This document shows positions 28,192 through 38,322 of a stretch of 64,000 bases of DNA, one piece after another (the first letter of the stretch is position 1; each line of letters starts with the position of its first letter). The notes below the pieces were generated by a model. It did not search any database, had not been told where the DNA came from, and was given only the letters and a program-made list of their open reading frames with translations. Both the position numbers and the translations under genes were made by a program. The DNA lies in contig CAXGPR010000006.1 of NCBI GenBank assembly GCA_964011675.1, positions 10,611 to 74,610 on the forward strand. The letters run 5' to 3'. This stretch comes from an uncultured bacterium (lineage in GTDB: Bacteria; Latescibacterota; UBA2968; UBA8231).

Positions 28192-29835
28192 ATGAAAAAG
28201 AGCCGCCGAAAAGAAAAAAAGCCGGTTGGCGAACCAGCTACTGCTTCGGATGCCAATCAGTCTCTCATAAATGGATCCAACGCATTTTCCGACGGTGTGC
28301 AGGGGCGTCGTCTCATACCTGTATTTATTGCCCTGTGCGCGCTGTTGGTTGGGATTTGGACATTCGACCCGAAACTCTCGCTCAGCGGGGACAACACCGA
28401 GTTTATCACGTTGGCGCGGAGTCTTGCCCAGGGGGAGGGATTGGTTCATCTCAACGATCCCAATCCACAGCCAGCGACGAAATATCCCTTCGGCTTTCCT
28501 CTTTTGCTCGCGCCGGTTGAGCTTTTATTCCCCGGAGAGTGGACGCCAATGAAGGCGTGGGTGCTACTTTTATTTTCAGTGGGTATGGGCATGCTCTATC
28601 TGCTGATGCGCGACAGAATGGGTGCGCTGCCATCGATTGCGGTCGTGGGGCTGAGCGTGACGGCGGGACAGAGCTATCTGACGACAGATGCCAGCGGCCA
28701 TCACTTTGGGCCGCTGCTGCTTCACTTCTCGCATCAGGTCATGTCTGAGGCTCCCTTCCTCACCGTGTCGTTGGCTGCGCTATGGCTGCTGCAGCGCGGC
28801 GTTCAGCGAGAGGGCATACGAGGCAATCGCGAACTTCTGGCCGGCTTTGTTCTCGCTGTGTTCGCCTATTACATTCGCAGCGTTGGAATTACTCTGCTCG
28901 GGGCGATCATTGTGTACCTATTTTTGCAGCGCGATATACGTCGAGGTCTCATTTTTTCTGCGGCGTCTCTCTTGGCCTGGCTGCCGTGGACACTGCGCAA
29001 TCGCGCCGTGGGTGGCGGGGGCGTCTATTTTCAACAGCTCATACAGGTCAATCCATACTATCCCGACCAAGGGTTGCTCGACGTTGTTGGCTTTTTCGGG
29101 CGACTGACGGGGAATGGAGCAGCCTATCTCAACGTAGAATTGCCGCGCTTGCTGTGGCCTTTCTTCTCTGGCGACGGAGCATTTGGCCCCGTTTCCGTTT
29201 TCATAATATTACTCGCGGCCTATACGCTCATGCAGGCACTGCGTTTTCGCCGCGACGTGCTTTTAGTGCTCTATACCGCGTTTACGATCGGCGTAGCGCT
29301 GCTGTGGTTTTGGGTAGATGCGCGCTTTCTTTTTGGCGTAGTGCCACTGTTTATTTACTTCGCCGTCCGCGCGGTCAATGATCTAGCCGATGGGATTTCA
29401 GCCCACGGCGGTCCGTGGACGGGACGCGCGCTGCGCTGGGGTCTGCTGGTAGCCGTTGTTTGGGGGCAGATCCCGGGCGTATCGCGCCTAGCCGAGTACA
29501 GCCGCGCAGACTATCCGCCGGCGTGGAGTCGTTATTATCAGGCCGGACAGTGGCTCAAAGAGCACACCGACGAGAGCGCAATCGTGCTGTGTCGAAAGGG
29601 CTACTGGATGTATATCGTATCCGGACGCCGTGCCGTGGGATTCCCCTTTGAAGACCCCAGCGTTATTATGGCACATATGGAGCAGCAAGCAGTAGATTAT
29701 GTCGTGTTAGAGAGTCTTGGATTTGCGCAAACGGCCAGGTATTTAGCACCGGCCGTTAACGAGCACATGGATCGCTTTAGCATTGCGTGGAAAGATGAGA
29801 ACGTGCCCACGTATGTGTTGAAACTCGACAACTGA
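28192..29835 (+). CDS. GT-C fold membrane glycosyltransferase (ArnT/PMT-like)
   Basis: SGDNTEFITLARSL, KYPFGFPLLL, VMSEAPF, RFLFGVVP; many TM helices and a C-terminal soluble domain. Confidence 0.75.
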   Translation: MKKSRRKEKKPVGEPATASDANQSLINGSNAFSDGVQGRRLIPVFIALCALLVGIWTFDPKLSLSGDNTEFITLARSLAQGEGLVHLNDPNPQPATKYPFGFPLLLAPVELLFPGEWTPMKAWVLLLFSVGMGMLYLLMRDRMGALPSIAVVGLSVTAGQSYLTTDASGHHFGPLLLHFSHQVMSEAPFLTVSLAALWLLQRGVQREGIRGNRELLAGFVLAVFAYYIRSVGITLLGAIIVYLFLQRDIRRGLIFSAASLLAWLPWTLRNRAVGGGGVYFQQLIQVNPYYPDQGLLDVVGFFGRLTGNGAAYLNVELPRLLWPFFSGDGAFGPVSVFIILLAAYTLMQALRFRRDVLLVLYTAFTIGVALLWFWVDARFLFGVVPLFIYFAVRAVNDLADGISAHGGPWTGRALRWGLLVAVVWGQIPGVSRLAEYSRADYPPAWSRYYQAGQWLKEHTDESAIVLCRKGYWMYIVSGRRAVGFPFEDPSVIMAHMEQQAVDYVVLESLGFAQTARYLAPAVNEHMDRFSIAWKDENVPTYVLKLDN

Positions 29836-29927
29836 CGCGGCTGCTGAACACGTTTGCTCCGATTGCAAATCGAACGCTATATTGGGAAAACTGCAGCCGT
29901 TCACACCATTCAACAAGTCGATCGTAC

Positions 29928-31823
29928 GTGTCTAACCGCCTCGGCCAACTCTGGCCTCTACTATCCTACGCACTGCTGAGTCTTCTCTTTACGTATCCTC
30001 TGGTTACTCAATTAGATACGCACGTGCCCGGGCGGCTCGAAGGCGACATTCCCGTATACATCTGGAATCTGTGGTGGATGAAGCAGTCGTTGCTGGAGTG
30101 GCATTCGCCGCTGTTTAGCGAACACATCTTTGCCCCCTATGGCGTCTCGCTTGCCTTTCACGCATTTGTATTTTTGAAGTCGTTTATAGCGGTTCCACTG
30201 CAGGCCTTTATGTCTGCTTGGACTGCGTATAACCTGCTTATACTGAGCACGTTCACGATGGCTGGCTTCGCGATGTTCCTCTTGGCGCGACACTTAACGC
30301 GAGATGTGTTTGCCGCTTGGGTTGCAGGCGTTGCCTATGCCTTCAGTCCCTACATGCTCACCCGTGGTTTGGGTCACTTGAACTATCTCAGCAGTGAGTG
30401 GATGCCCCTCTACATATTGTGCCTCCTAAAACTGGTCGATTCTTCCGAGAGGCGGTGGTCGCTAGGGGGGAGCGCTTTCCTACTCTTGACGGCCTACTGT
30501 GAATACTACTACTTAATTTATCTGGCACTCTTCACGGCCATCTACTTAGTCTGGTCTTATATACACCGTCCTGATCAGATTCTCTGCGGCGACTTTGTTC
30601 GTAACTTTTTGCTTATGGGGGCTCTTGCCGCACTGGGTTTTGCTCCGATTCTAAGCATGCTGTTGGGAACAGAGCAGAGCGACTACCTCTACGGTGGATG
30701 GGGTGCTACGGCGAAATTGGGAGCAGATGCTCTGGCTTTTGTTGTGCCCCCTCCAGGATCGCTGCTGTACGGCGATATAGGATCTTCTCTCTACGACGTA
30801 TTCTCGGGCGGCAATGCCATAGAAGGCACGGTCTTTGTCGGATTTGTAGCGCTGGCTCTCGTGCTCTTTGTGTCTGTGCGCCTGCGCACCGATAAGGCAA
30901 TTCAGTTTTGGCTTTGGGGCGCGCTCGTATTTTTCCTGCTTTCGCTAGGGCCTCTACTACATGTGGGAGGAGACTTTGTCTTTGGCGGAGGCCCCGTGCG
31001 CTTTGCGGTGCCCTTGCCCTACGTGGGGCTGCGCTTTATTCCATTAGTGAAAGGCGCGCGCGTACCGGCGCGTTTCGACATTATGGTGGCGCTGTGCGTG
31101 GCGGTGCTTATCGCCTATGCGCTGTGGCATATGCGCGGTCGCTGGCGGCATGCCAATCGCTGGACGGTCCTCGTTGCCATTCTTCTGTGCCTGGAGTATC
31201 TTAGACTGCCCTATCCGACAGCACCCGTTCACATTCCCATTGCCTACCGTGAAGTAGCGGCGGACCCGCGCGACGTCGCCGTGTTGGACGTGCCGCTGGG
31301 TTGGCGCACCGGGTGGGGTGATACCGGCCGGACGTTTGATCGCCAGCAGCTCTATCAGATCGTGCACGGCAAGCGGCTGATCGGGGGGTTTGCTTCGCGG
31401 GTTCCCGAACGTGAGCTCGAACGCATTCTGTCTTTGCCGGGCATTGGCACCTTGCTGGAATTGCAGCAGGATTTGCCCAAACCTATCGGACCGACGGCGG
31501 CGCGGCGCGGTGCAATACGGACGCAATTAGTAGAGCTATTGGAGCACCTGCCCGACTCCGTTAGGGAACAAATCGAACGCGATCCTTCAGTGGCTAACTT
31601 TATAGCCAACACATCTGCTGAGCGCGAGCGCGTGCTGTCCACTTCACGCGTGGGACAGCTAGGCGATTTGGTGGAGAGCGTGCAGTTGGGATACGTGTTC
31701 TTGCATCCTCCCTATAGCACTCACTTGCCTATTCGCACTTATATGGAGACTCAGCTGCCCGTAGAGGTGTTTTACGAGCGCGACGGATTAATAGGTTATC
31801 GCGTCGTAGAAATCAACCGTTGA
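29928..31823 (+). CDS. GT-C/YfhO-like membrane glycosyltransferase
   Basis: GDIPVYIWNLWW, AYAFSPY, LLSLGP, RVPARF, VLDVP, QIVHGKRLIGG. Confidence 0.65.
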   Translation: MSNRLGQLWPLLSYALLSLLFTYPLVTQLDTHVPGRLEGDIPVYIWNLWWMKQSLLEWHSPLFSEHIFAPYGVSLAFHAFVFLKSFIAVPLQAFMSAWTAYNLLILSTFTMAGFAMFLLARHLTRDVFAAWVAGVAYAFSPYMLTRGLGHLNYLSSEWMPLYILCLLKLVDSSERRWSLGGSAFLLLTAYCEYYYLIYLALFTAIYLVWSYIHRPDQILCGDFVRNFLLMGALAALGFAPILSMLLGTEQSDYLYGGWGATAKLGADALAFVVPPPGSLLYGDIGSSLYDVFSGGNAIEGTVFVGFVALALVLFVSVRLRTDKAIQFWLWGALVFFLLSLGPLLHVGGDFVFGGGPVRFAVPLPYVGLRFIPLVKGARVPARFDIMVALCVAVLIAYALWHMRGRWRHANRWTVLVAILLCLEYLRLPYPTAPVHIPIAYREVAADPRDVAVLDVPLGWRTGWGDTGRTFDRQQLYQIVHGKRLIGGFASRVPERELERILSLPGIGTLLELQQDLPKPIGPTAARRGAIRTQLVELLEHLPDSVREQIERDPSVANFIANTSAERERVLSTSRVGQLGDLVESVQLGYVFLHPPYSTHLPIRTYMETQLPVEVFYERDGLIGYRVVEINR

Positions 31824-31830
31824 GGATATC

Positions 31831-32559
31831 TTGGAGACTGAAGAAGACAAAAATCCCACGCTGTTTGTCGTTATTCCAGCGCTTAACGAAGAAGACAATA
31901 TCGTGCGCACGCTGGAGCAGATCGAGGCCGTTGTCGACTGGCCCCACGAGATTATCGTCGTTAATGACCACTCGACAGATAGCACAGAAGAGGTCGTCCA
32001 GAACTTTGGACGAGAGTGTGGTAATGTGCGCGTTGTTAACAACGAAGGGGATCGGGGATTTAGCAATGCGTTAAAAGTTGGATATGCAGCGGCGGGCGAG
32101 GGAGCTATCGTAACGATGATGGCCGACCTATGCGACGATCCTCGCACGCTGCGTTATATGTACGACAAGATTCTCGAAGGGTATGACGTGGTATGTGGGT
32201 CTCGCTATATGCCAGGCGGAGGCAAAGAGCGAGAGGACAGCGAAGTGAAAGGCGCCCTGTCGCGCTTTGTCGGTTTGTCTCTTCGCAAACTGGTCGGCGT
32301 GCCGACGCATGATGCGACCAACGCTTTCAAGATGTACCGCAGTGAAATCATCAAGAGTATACCTATCGAGGAAGCGGGCTTTGCTTGCTCAATGGAAATC
32401 ACTGTGAAAGCGTTTTTGCGCGGGGCGCGCATTGCGGAAGTGCCGACGGTGTGGCAGGGGCGCACGGCCGGCAAGTCTAAGTTTAGTATGCTAAAAGGCG
32501 GCAAGGACTACATACGCTGGTACATGTGGGCCGTCTTGTTGCGCAAGCACAAGTTTTAG
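31831..32559 (+). CDS. GT2 polyprenol-phosphate glycosyltransferase (GtrB/DPM1-like)
   Basis: VIPALNEE, VVNDHSTD, MMADLCDDP, GSRYMPGG, DATNAFK. Confidence 0.88.
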   Translation: METEEDKNPTLFVVIPALNEEDNIVRTLEQIEAVVDWPHEIIVVNDHSTDSTEEVVQNFGRECGNVRVVNNEGDRGFSNALKVGYAAAGEGAIVTMMADLCDDPRTLRYMYDKILEGYDVVCGSRYMPGGGKEREDSEVKGALSRFVGLSLRKLVGVPTHDATNAFKMYRSEIIKSIPIEEAGFACSMEITVKAFLRGARIAEVPTVWQGRTAGKSKFSMLKGGKDYIRWYMWAVLLRKHKF

Positions 32560-32571
32560 CGTTCCGACCTT

Positions 32572-33639
32572 CTACGCGTCCTCTTTCTCCTGCGTAGCTG
32601 CTACAATTTCTTCTAAAATTCGTTCCATATCGTATGCGTATTGCCAATTGGGGTAGTGCGTCTGGAATTTGCGCACGTCACTAATCCACCAGATGTGGTC
32701 GCCAGAACGCGCGTCGTCAGAGAGCGAATAAGAGAGCTCTTTCCCCGCTAGGCGCTGAGCGGTATGAATGGCTTCTAACATAGAGCAATTGCTGTGGCGT
32801 CCGCCGCCTATATTATAGACCTCGCCGCAGCGCGGTTCGCAGACAAAATGCCAGAATGCATTTACCAAGTCGTGGCTGTGAATATTGTCGCGGACCTGTT
32901 TGCCCTTATAGCCAAAGATGGTGTAGGGACGGCCGGTGACGATGCACTTGACTAGGTAGGCAAGGAAACCGTGTAGCTCGGCTGCAGAATGAGCAGGGCC
33001 CGTCAGACAGCCGCCGCGAAAGGCCGCTGTTTTGATGCCAAAATAGCGGCCGTATTCCTGTACGAGTACGTCGGCTGCCACCTTGGATGCGCCGAATAGG
33101 CTGTGCTTTGACTGATCAATACGCAGCGTCTCGTCAATGCCGTGCTCGTAGTAGGCGTGATTCTCAGCGATTTCCCAGCGCGTTTCCCGTTCGACTAAGG
33201 GAAGTTCGTTGGGAGCGTCTCCGTACACTTTGTTGGTGCTGGTAAAAACGAATGCGGCTTCGGGGCAGTGCGTTCGCGTGGCCTCCAGCAAGTTGAGCGT
33301 ACCGTTGGCGTTGACGCTGAAATCGGTCAGCGGTTCGCGTGCCGCCCAGTCGTGCGACGGCTGCGCGGCCGTGTGTATGACGACGGATATGCTGCGGCCG
33401 TATTCGGCGAAAAGCTGGTCGATTGCAGATGCATCGCGAATATCTATGGCACAGTGCCGGTAGTTTGTTAACGTCGATTCAAGAGCCTCTCGATTCCACT
33501 GCGTTGAGCCGTCTTCTCCAAAGAAATAGGCGCGCATATTATTGTCTATACCGACAATCTCCAACCCTTTCTCGTGGAAGATTTTGCATGATTCGCTGCC
33601 TATTAATCCTGCCGAACCCGTGATTAAGGCAATACTCAA
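32572..33639 (-). CDS. CDP-paratose 2-epimerase (RfbE)-like extended SDR, catalytic Tyr replaced by Phe
   Basis: [42 protein letters not shown]. Confidence 0.75.
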   Translation of the reverse strand: MSIALITGSAGLIGSESCKIFHEKGLEIVGIDNNMRAYFFGEDGSTQWNREALESTLTNYRHCAIDIRDASAIDQLFAEYGRSISVVIHTAAQPSHDWAAREPLTDFSVNANGTLNLLEATRTHCPEAAFVFTSTNKVYGDAPNELPLVERETRWEIAENHAYYEHGIDETLRIDQSKHSLFGASKVAADVLVQEYGRYFGIKTAAFRGGCLTGPAHSAAELHGFLAYLVKCIVTGRPYTIFGYKGKQVRDNIHSHDLVNAFWHFVCEPRCGEVYNIGGGRHSNCSMLEAIHTAQRLAGKELSYSLSDDARSGDHIWWISDVRKFQTHYPNWQYAYDMERILEEIVAATQEKEDA

Positions 33640-33650
33640 GGATAGCCCTC

Positions 33651-34718
33651 CTACGTGAATACGGTGCTGACTAAGTCGTGGTTTTTAGCTAGCCAAGCGT
33701 AGATGTCATCAACTATAGTGCGCGGCGTCTTTTGGGGGTGCCAACCAAAGGTGTGCGTGGTCTTTGTGCTGTCGGTCACGTAGTACGGCACGTCGAGTTG
33801 GCGCGTTTCTGAGACGGAACCAATATCTATCTTCTGGCCCGTGACCTCTTCGCAGAGAGCGGTGTATTCCAAGAGAGAAGTCGAACCTGGCAGCCCGCCC
33901 CCTGCGTTAAACACGGAGCCTGCATGTTGCTCTATGAGCGGGACCTGTGCTTCTAAAAGTGCAAAGAGGTCGTAGGGGTGCATCAAGTCGCGCACCTGCT
34001 TGCCGGTTCCCCCAAAGCCCGTGTAGCTCAGCTGCTGGCCAAAATAGTGGGCAGCAACCCACAGCGTATAGACGCCCTGATCGACTTTGCCCCACTGGCC
34101 GGGGCCCGCAATTACACCGCATCGATTGATCAATGCGCGCAGGTTATACATCGCGCAGTACTCTTGCACAAAGAGCTCAGATGCCAGCTTTGTCGCACCG
34201 TATATGGAGCGGAATTGCGCCGTGTCAAACGTCTCAGATATACCGTTTTCAGATAGCCCTTCAGGGAGCGTTGCAGCTGTGTCAATGGACAAACGCGTTG
34301 GTTCTTCGAGTAGGGGAATTGCGCGCTGTGCGGGGACCGAATACACGCGCGACGTGGAAAGGAATATCATATTCCCACAGCGTTTACGCGCAAATTCTAA
34401 GCTGTTGAGCGTCCCTACGAGATTTGTGTCTAGCACGTAGTGCGGTGATGAGTCAGCGCCTGCATGCGCAGAGGGTTCTGCTGCAGCATCTATAAACAGA
34501 TCGAACTCGCCCTGGACTTCACTGAAATCATTTGCCGCGCGAATGTCACCGTGAACAAACTCAATATCCAGATCTTTGAATGCGCGCAAGTTGAGTTCAG
34601 AGCCGCGCCGTCTCAGGTTGTCAAAGGCGACGATGCGCCGCGTGGGATATTTCTCCCGATAGCGCCGCGCTAGGCTCGATCCCACAAAGCCCGCTCCCCC
34701 GCTGATAAATATGCTCAA
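33651..34718 (-). CDS. RfbE-like extended SDR epimerase
   Basis: [44 protein letters not shown]. Confidence 0.8.
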   Translation of the reverse strand: MSIFISGGAGFVGSSLARRYREKYPTRRIVAFDNLRRRGSELNLRAFKDLDIEFVHGDIRAANDFSEVQGEFDLFIDAAAEPSAHAGADSSPHYVLDTNLVGTLNSLEFARKRCGNMIFLSTSRVYSVPAQRAIPLLEEPTRLSIDTAATLPEGLSENGISETFDTAQFRSIYGATKLASELFVQEYCAMYNLRALINRCGVIAGPGQWGKVDQGVYTLWVAAHYFGQQLSYTGFGGTGKQVRDLMHPYDLFALLEAQVPLIEQHAGSVFNAGGGLPGSTSLLEYTALCEEVTGQKIDIGSVSETRQLDVPYYVTDSTKTTHTFGWHPQKTPRTIVDDIYAWLAKNHDLVSTVFT

Positions 34719-35713
34719 TGGCTTGCCTCGGGGAGGGTAGCGCTCTCGTGCACCAAGCTTTCAGCGCGTAGATCATCCCAGAACGCCGAGGGAATCTCAT
34801 CTATCAGCAGGTTAAAGTTTTCCTCGACGCGTGCGGGTTGGCGCGTGCCGGGGATGATACAAGTAATGGCTGGATGTGCAAAGACAAACTGCGAGGCGGC
34901 CGCCTTTACGTCGACACCGTGGCGTTCGGCTACGGCTTCGATGGCCTGGGCCTTCTGCATAATATCTGCCGGTGCCTCCCCGTAATTATAGGTGGCGCCG
35001 GGCTTGGCTCCCTTGGCGAGAATGCCGCTGTTGTAGGTGCCGCCTGCCATAATACCAATGTTTTTCTCTGTGCAAAGCGGTAAGAGTTCGTCCAGCGCGC
35101 TTTGGTCTAGCAAACTGTAGCGACCGGCCAGCAGGAAACAGTCAAAGTCTCCTTCGCGTGCAAAGCGCGCCAGCATCTCCCACTGATTCATGCCGGCGCT
35201 GACGGCGCTAATAACGCCCTCGGCGCGGAGTCGCTCGAGGGCTGGGTAGGCGCCTTCTATGGCTTCTTTCCAGTGGGCATCTGGGTCGTGGATATGCAGG
35301 ATATCAATCCGGTCTACGCCCAGGCGTTTGAGGCTCTCTTCCAAGGAGCGCATGACGCCGTCGTAGCTGAAGTCGAATACTGGTTTGAACGGGGGCGGAT
35401 TGTCAAAGATGGATCCATCGCGCTGGCCGTCGTCGCTGGCGACCAACAGGCGACCCACCTTAGAGGCTAGAACATACGAGTCCCGCGGAACGTCGCGCAG
35501 GGCGCGTCCCAATCGCTCCTCGCTCTTTCCCGAACCGTATAGCGGTGCCGTATCGAATAGATTGAGGCCGAGATCGAGTGCTTTGTGCACTACCTGCGTC
35601 GCCTGATCGTCGGGTATATCGCCGTAGAGGCCACCAATGGCGGCACAGCCCAGGCCCAGGCGAGTTACTTGGAGACCGCTGCGGCCCAAAGCCGCTTTTT
35701 CTAAGGGATGCAT
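34715..35713 (-). CDS. Aldo/keto reductase (D-threo-aldose/L-fucose 1-dehydrogenase-like)
   Basis: LGLGCAAIGGLY, FDTAPLYG, SKVGR, FDFSYDG, LHIHDP, LLAGRYSLLDQ. Confidence 0.85.
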   Translation of the reverse strand: MHPLEKAALGRSGLQVTRLGLGCAAIGGLYGDIPDDQATQVVHKALDLGLNLFDTAPLYGSGKSEERLGRALRDVPRDSYVLASKVGRLLVASDDGQRDGSIFDNPPPFKPVFDFSYDGVMRSLEESLKRLGVDRIDILHIHDPDAHWKEAIEGAYPALERLRAEGVISAVSAGMNQWEMLARFAREGDFDCFLLAGRYSLLDQSALDELLPLCTEKNIGIMAGGTYNSGILAKGAKPGATYNYGEAPADIMQKAQAIEAVAERHGVDVKAAASQFVFAHPAITCIIPGTRQPARVEENFNLLIDEIPSAFWDDLRAESLVHESATLPEASH

Positions 35714-35926
35714 AGCCCCTCTCCCTGTTGTTGTATTTGAGGCAGAAGGCTAATATAGCAGAGATTGGATAGCGAGGTAAAGTCACATTCGTCCTGCTTG
35801 ACGTTGGTTGGGGCAACACGTAGATTTGGCAAAGTTTTTTATATGATGTCGGAAATAGTTGAATATAAATGAGATGCGAAGTATTGGTGTCTTCTTCGTC
35901 GGGACTTTCACGCGCGCTTTTTTGAG

Positions 35927-37408
35927 ATGAAATGGCTGATTCTGATCCTCTCACTCTGCGCGTGTGCGCCGCGGGAAGAGTCGCTCCCTCCGCAGGTAGA
36001 GGAGCCTCGGTCCGATACCGCTGCTGCGCCGCCCAGCGGGGCGGCGTACGTGTGGCAAGACGAGGCGCTGACGTGGCATGCATGGGAAGAGGTTGAGGCG
36101 GTCATCGGACGCGCCCAGCGCCCGCTGCTTTTTTACGTGGCTGGACCCGGATGTGAGGGGTTATTCGCTGCCCCCTCTTCGCTGCTGAAGGAACTAGTGG
36201 AAAAACGCTACTGGGGGGTGCGGGTCGATCCCTTTCTGTGGCCCGACGCAGTGCGCTACCTGCGGACCAGCGGGTGTCCGTCGTTGGTCATCGCCAGACC
36301 TGATGGGCAAATCGTTGCCCGTGCTACGGATATTCCGCCGCGTCACGTAGAATCGTACTTATTGCGCATCTTGAATGCCTTTGACCGCGCCGGCGACGAG
36401 ATCAGTTCGATAGGGCCTGCCGCAGAGGCTCCACTTGCGGTTGATTTGGCCGATGTTCGCGCGGGTTTGCTGTCTGCTGCCGACCCGCGTCACGGGGGGC
36501 TATTTGGTCCGCAGAAATACGTGCACGGGCAGGCCCTGCGCTTTCTCTGGCACTACGCGTCCGCGTCGGATGGCGCTCAGTCGCGCTCTGTGGTAGAAAA
36601 GGCGGTAACGGCGTTTCTGCGTTCGCCGCTGCGCGATCGTTCCAGCGGCGCTTTTGCACTCTACTCCTATACGCCTGATTGGTTACAGCCCGTAGGAGAT
36701 AGAGACGTGCTCAATCAGGCAGAGACCGTGCAGCTGCTGGTAGACCTAGGTCGGCACGCGCCGGTGGATGCATGGGTAAGGTATGTAGAGCGCGAATTAC
36801 TCGATCCCGTTACGGGTGCGCTGCGCGGCAGGCAGGTTCGGCTGAATGACGGGCGTTGGTGGACCGATGAACGCCTCTATGCCGATCGGGTTGCCAGCGC
36901 GGTGATCGCGCTTATGCGGATTGCGGAGCAGAGAGATCGGGCGGTTTCTACCGATATAGCAGAGAACGCCGTCGATTTCCTGCTGGCACACTGCATTGGT
37001 GAAGAGGGGGAAGTTCGGCATGCCTGCAGAGCTGAGGGACCGCAGGGACTGTTGGTCGACCAAGCGTTAGTGGCCCTTGCCCTACAGGCTGTGCAGTATC
37101 GGTTTGAGCAGCCTGCTGTCGGGGACGCGATGCGACGGGTAGTCGAATTTGCCGAGAGTCAGCTTTACGCGGAAGAGCGGGGAACATTTTCTGCCGGATG
37201 GCGCTGGCCCGTTGCAGAAGACTTTTCTGTTGCCGACGACGGATATCCAGTGGGAAACGCGCTGATGGCAGAGTGGTACTACAGACAGAACGATCGCGCG
37301 CGCGCCGAAGCGTTGGTAGAGCGGGCGCGTTTTCTGGACGGCCAGTACAGAGTCGCCGCACACTGGTCGCTGCTGCAGGTTGCATACGGAGAGTCCGAAC
37401 GACAATGA
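35927..37408 (+). CDS. Lipoprotein with degenerate thioredoxin-like domain and YyaL/SSP411-like alpha-barrel
   Basis: Lipobox LSLCAC; AQRPLLFYV...GCEG...VRVD...WPD...GCPSLV thioredoxin-like segment; DPRHGGLFGPQK, SGAFALYS, DERLYAD and DDGYPVGNALMA resemble YyaL. Confidence 0.6.
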   Translation: MKWLILILSLCACAPREESLPPQVEEPRSDTAAAPPSGAAYVWQDEALTWHAWEEVEAVIGRAQRPLLFYVAGPGCEGLFAAPSSLLKELVEKRYWGVRVDPFLWPDAVRYLRTSGCPSLVIARPDGQIVARATDIPPRHVESYLLRILNAFDRAGDEISSIGPAAEAPLAVDLADVRAGLLSAADPRHGGLFGPQKYVHGQALRFLWHYASASDGAQSRSVVEKAVTAFLRSPLRDRSSGAFALYSYTPDWLQPVGDRDVLNQAETVQLLVDLGRHAPVDAWVRYVERELLDPVTGALRGRQVRLNDGRWWTDERLYADRVASAVIALMRIAEQRDRAVSTDIAENAVDFLLAHCIGEEGEVRHACRAEGPQGLLVDQALVALALQAVQYRFEQPAVGDAMRRVVEFAESQLYAEERGTFSAGWRWPVAEDFSVADDGYPVGNALMAEWYYRQNDRARAEALVERARFLDGQYRVAAHWSLLQVAYGESERQ

Positions 37409-38322
37409 AAATAATTGTTACGGGTGCATACGGCTTCTTAGGACGCTGTATGCTGGGCATGGGGGGAGAACACGAGTGGATCGGATGGTCTCGCTCAAAG
37501 GGTGCCGTAGGAGATGTACCCTGTATAGCCGTTGACCTCGCCGATCGCGCTCTGCTGACTGGGCTTTTGCAAGAGCACCGGCCGGATTGGGTAATCAATA
37601 CGGCTGCGATAACGAACGTCGATGGCTGCGAGTTGGATCCAGTCGATGCGCGCAGGGTCAACGTGGGCATGGTCGAAAACCTCGTCGCGGCTTGCCAGGC
37701 TGCAGACGTAGGACTTGCACACGTGTCCACGGACTACGTATTTGACGGAAAAAATGGGCCGTATGGAGAGGAGGATCCCACGGGACCGCTGTCCACGTAC
37801 GGCGCTCTGAAGCTGGAGAGCGAGGGGGTTGTGCTCGGCGGTTTGAAGCGTGGTATTGTCGTGCGCACGATGTGGCTATATGGCTACGTCACCGGGACGC
37901 GTCCCAATATGTTGACGTGGCCGCTGCAGACGCTGGCGCGCGGCGAAACGTTGCGCATCGTCGCCGATCAGTGGGGAAATCCAACGTATGCAGCGGATCT
38001 AGCGCGTGCGCTGGTTGATCTGTGTGCGTTGGACAGTGTCGGTTTATGGCACGTTGGGGGCGGTAGTTTTATGACGCGCTACGAACAGGTCGTGCAGTTG
38101 GCCCTATTTTTTGGCTTGGATCCCGACCGCGTCGCGCAGGGATTAACTGCAGACCTTGCGCAACCGGCTCGGCGGCCTCTGCGCTCGGGGCTTTCGACGG
38201 ATGCATTGCGGCGTCATTTGGGGTGGGAACCCATGAGTTTTTCGCAGAGTTTAGAAGACGTATTGCACAACGGAGACTTTTGTCGTGACTTCAGCTCTAT
38301 TATCAATGCGAGAAATGTATGA
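37405..38322 (+). CDS. rfbD: dTDP-4-dehydrorhamnose reductase
   Basis: VTGAYGFLG, NTAAITNVDGCE, HVSTDYVFDG, YGALKLESE, DQWGNPT; ATG at 37405 (ATGA overlap). Confidence 0.88.
   Translation: MKIIVTGAYGFLGRCMLGMGGEHEWIGWSRSKGAVGDVPCIAVDLADRALLTGLLQEHRPDWVINTAAITNVDGCELDPVDARRVNVGMVENLVAACQAADVGLAHVSTDYVFDGKNGPYGEEDPTGPLSTYGALKLESEGVVLGGLKRGIVVRTMWLYGYVTGTRPNMLTWPLQTLARGETLRIVADQWGNPTYAADLARALVDLCALDSVGLWHVGGGSFMTRYEQVVQLALFFGLDPDRVAQGLTADLAQPARRPLRSGLSTDALRRHLGWEPMSFSQSLEDVLHNGDFCRDFSSIINARNV

Noticed and set aside
35714-35926. Short ORF (MRCEVLVSSSSGLSRALF) or ncRNA in the AKR/lipoprotein divergent spacer
   Set aside because: No RBS, motif or structure supports it; probably just promoter DNA.
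36948-37730. Long antisense or alternate-frame ORFs (e.g. 36948-37730, 26780-27499, 60673-61347, 15917-16486, 18028-18561)
   Set aside because: They overlap well-supported genes and show no family motifs; typical shadow ORFs of GC-rich DNA.
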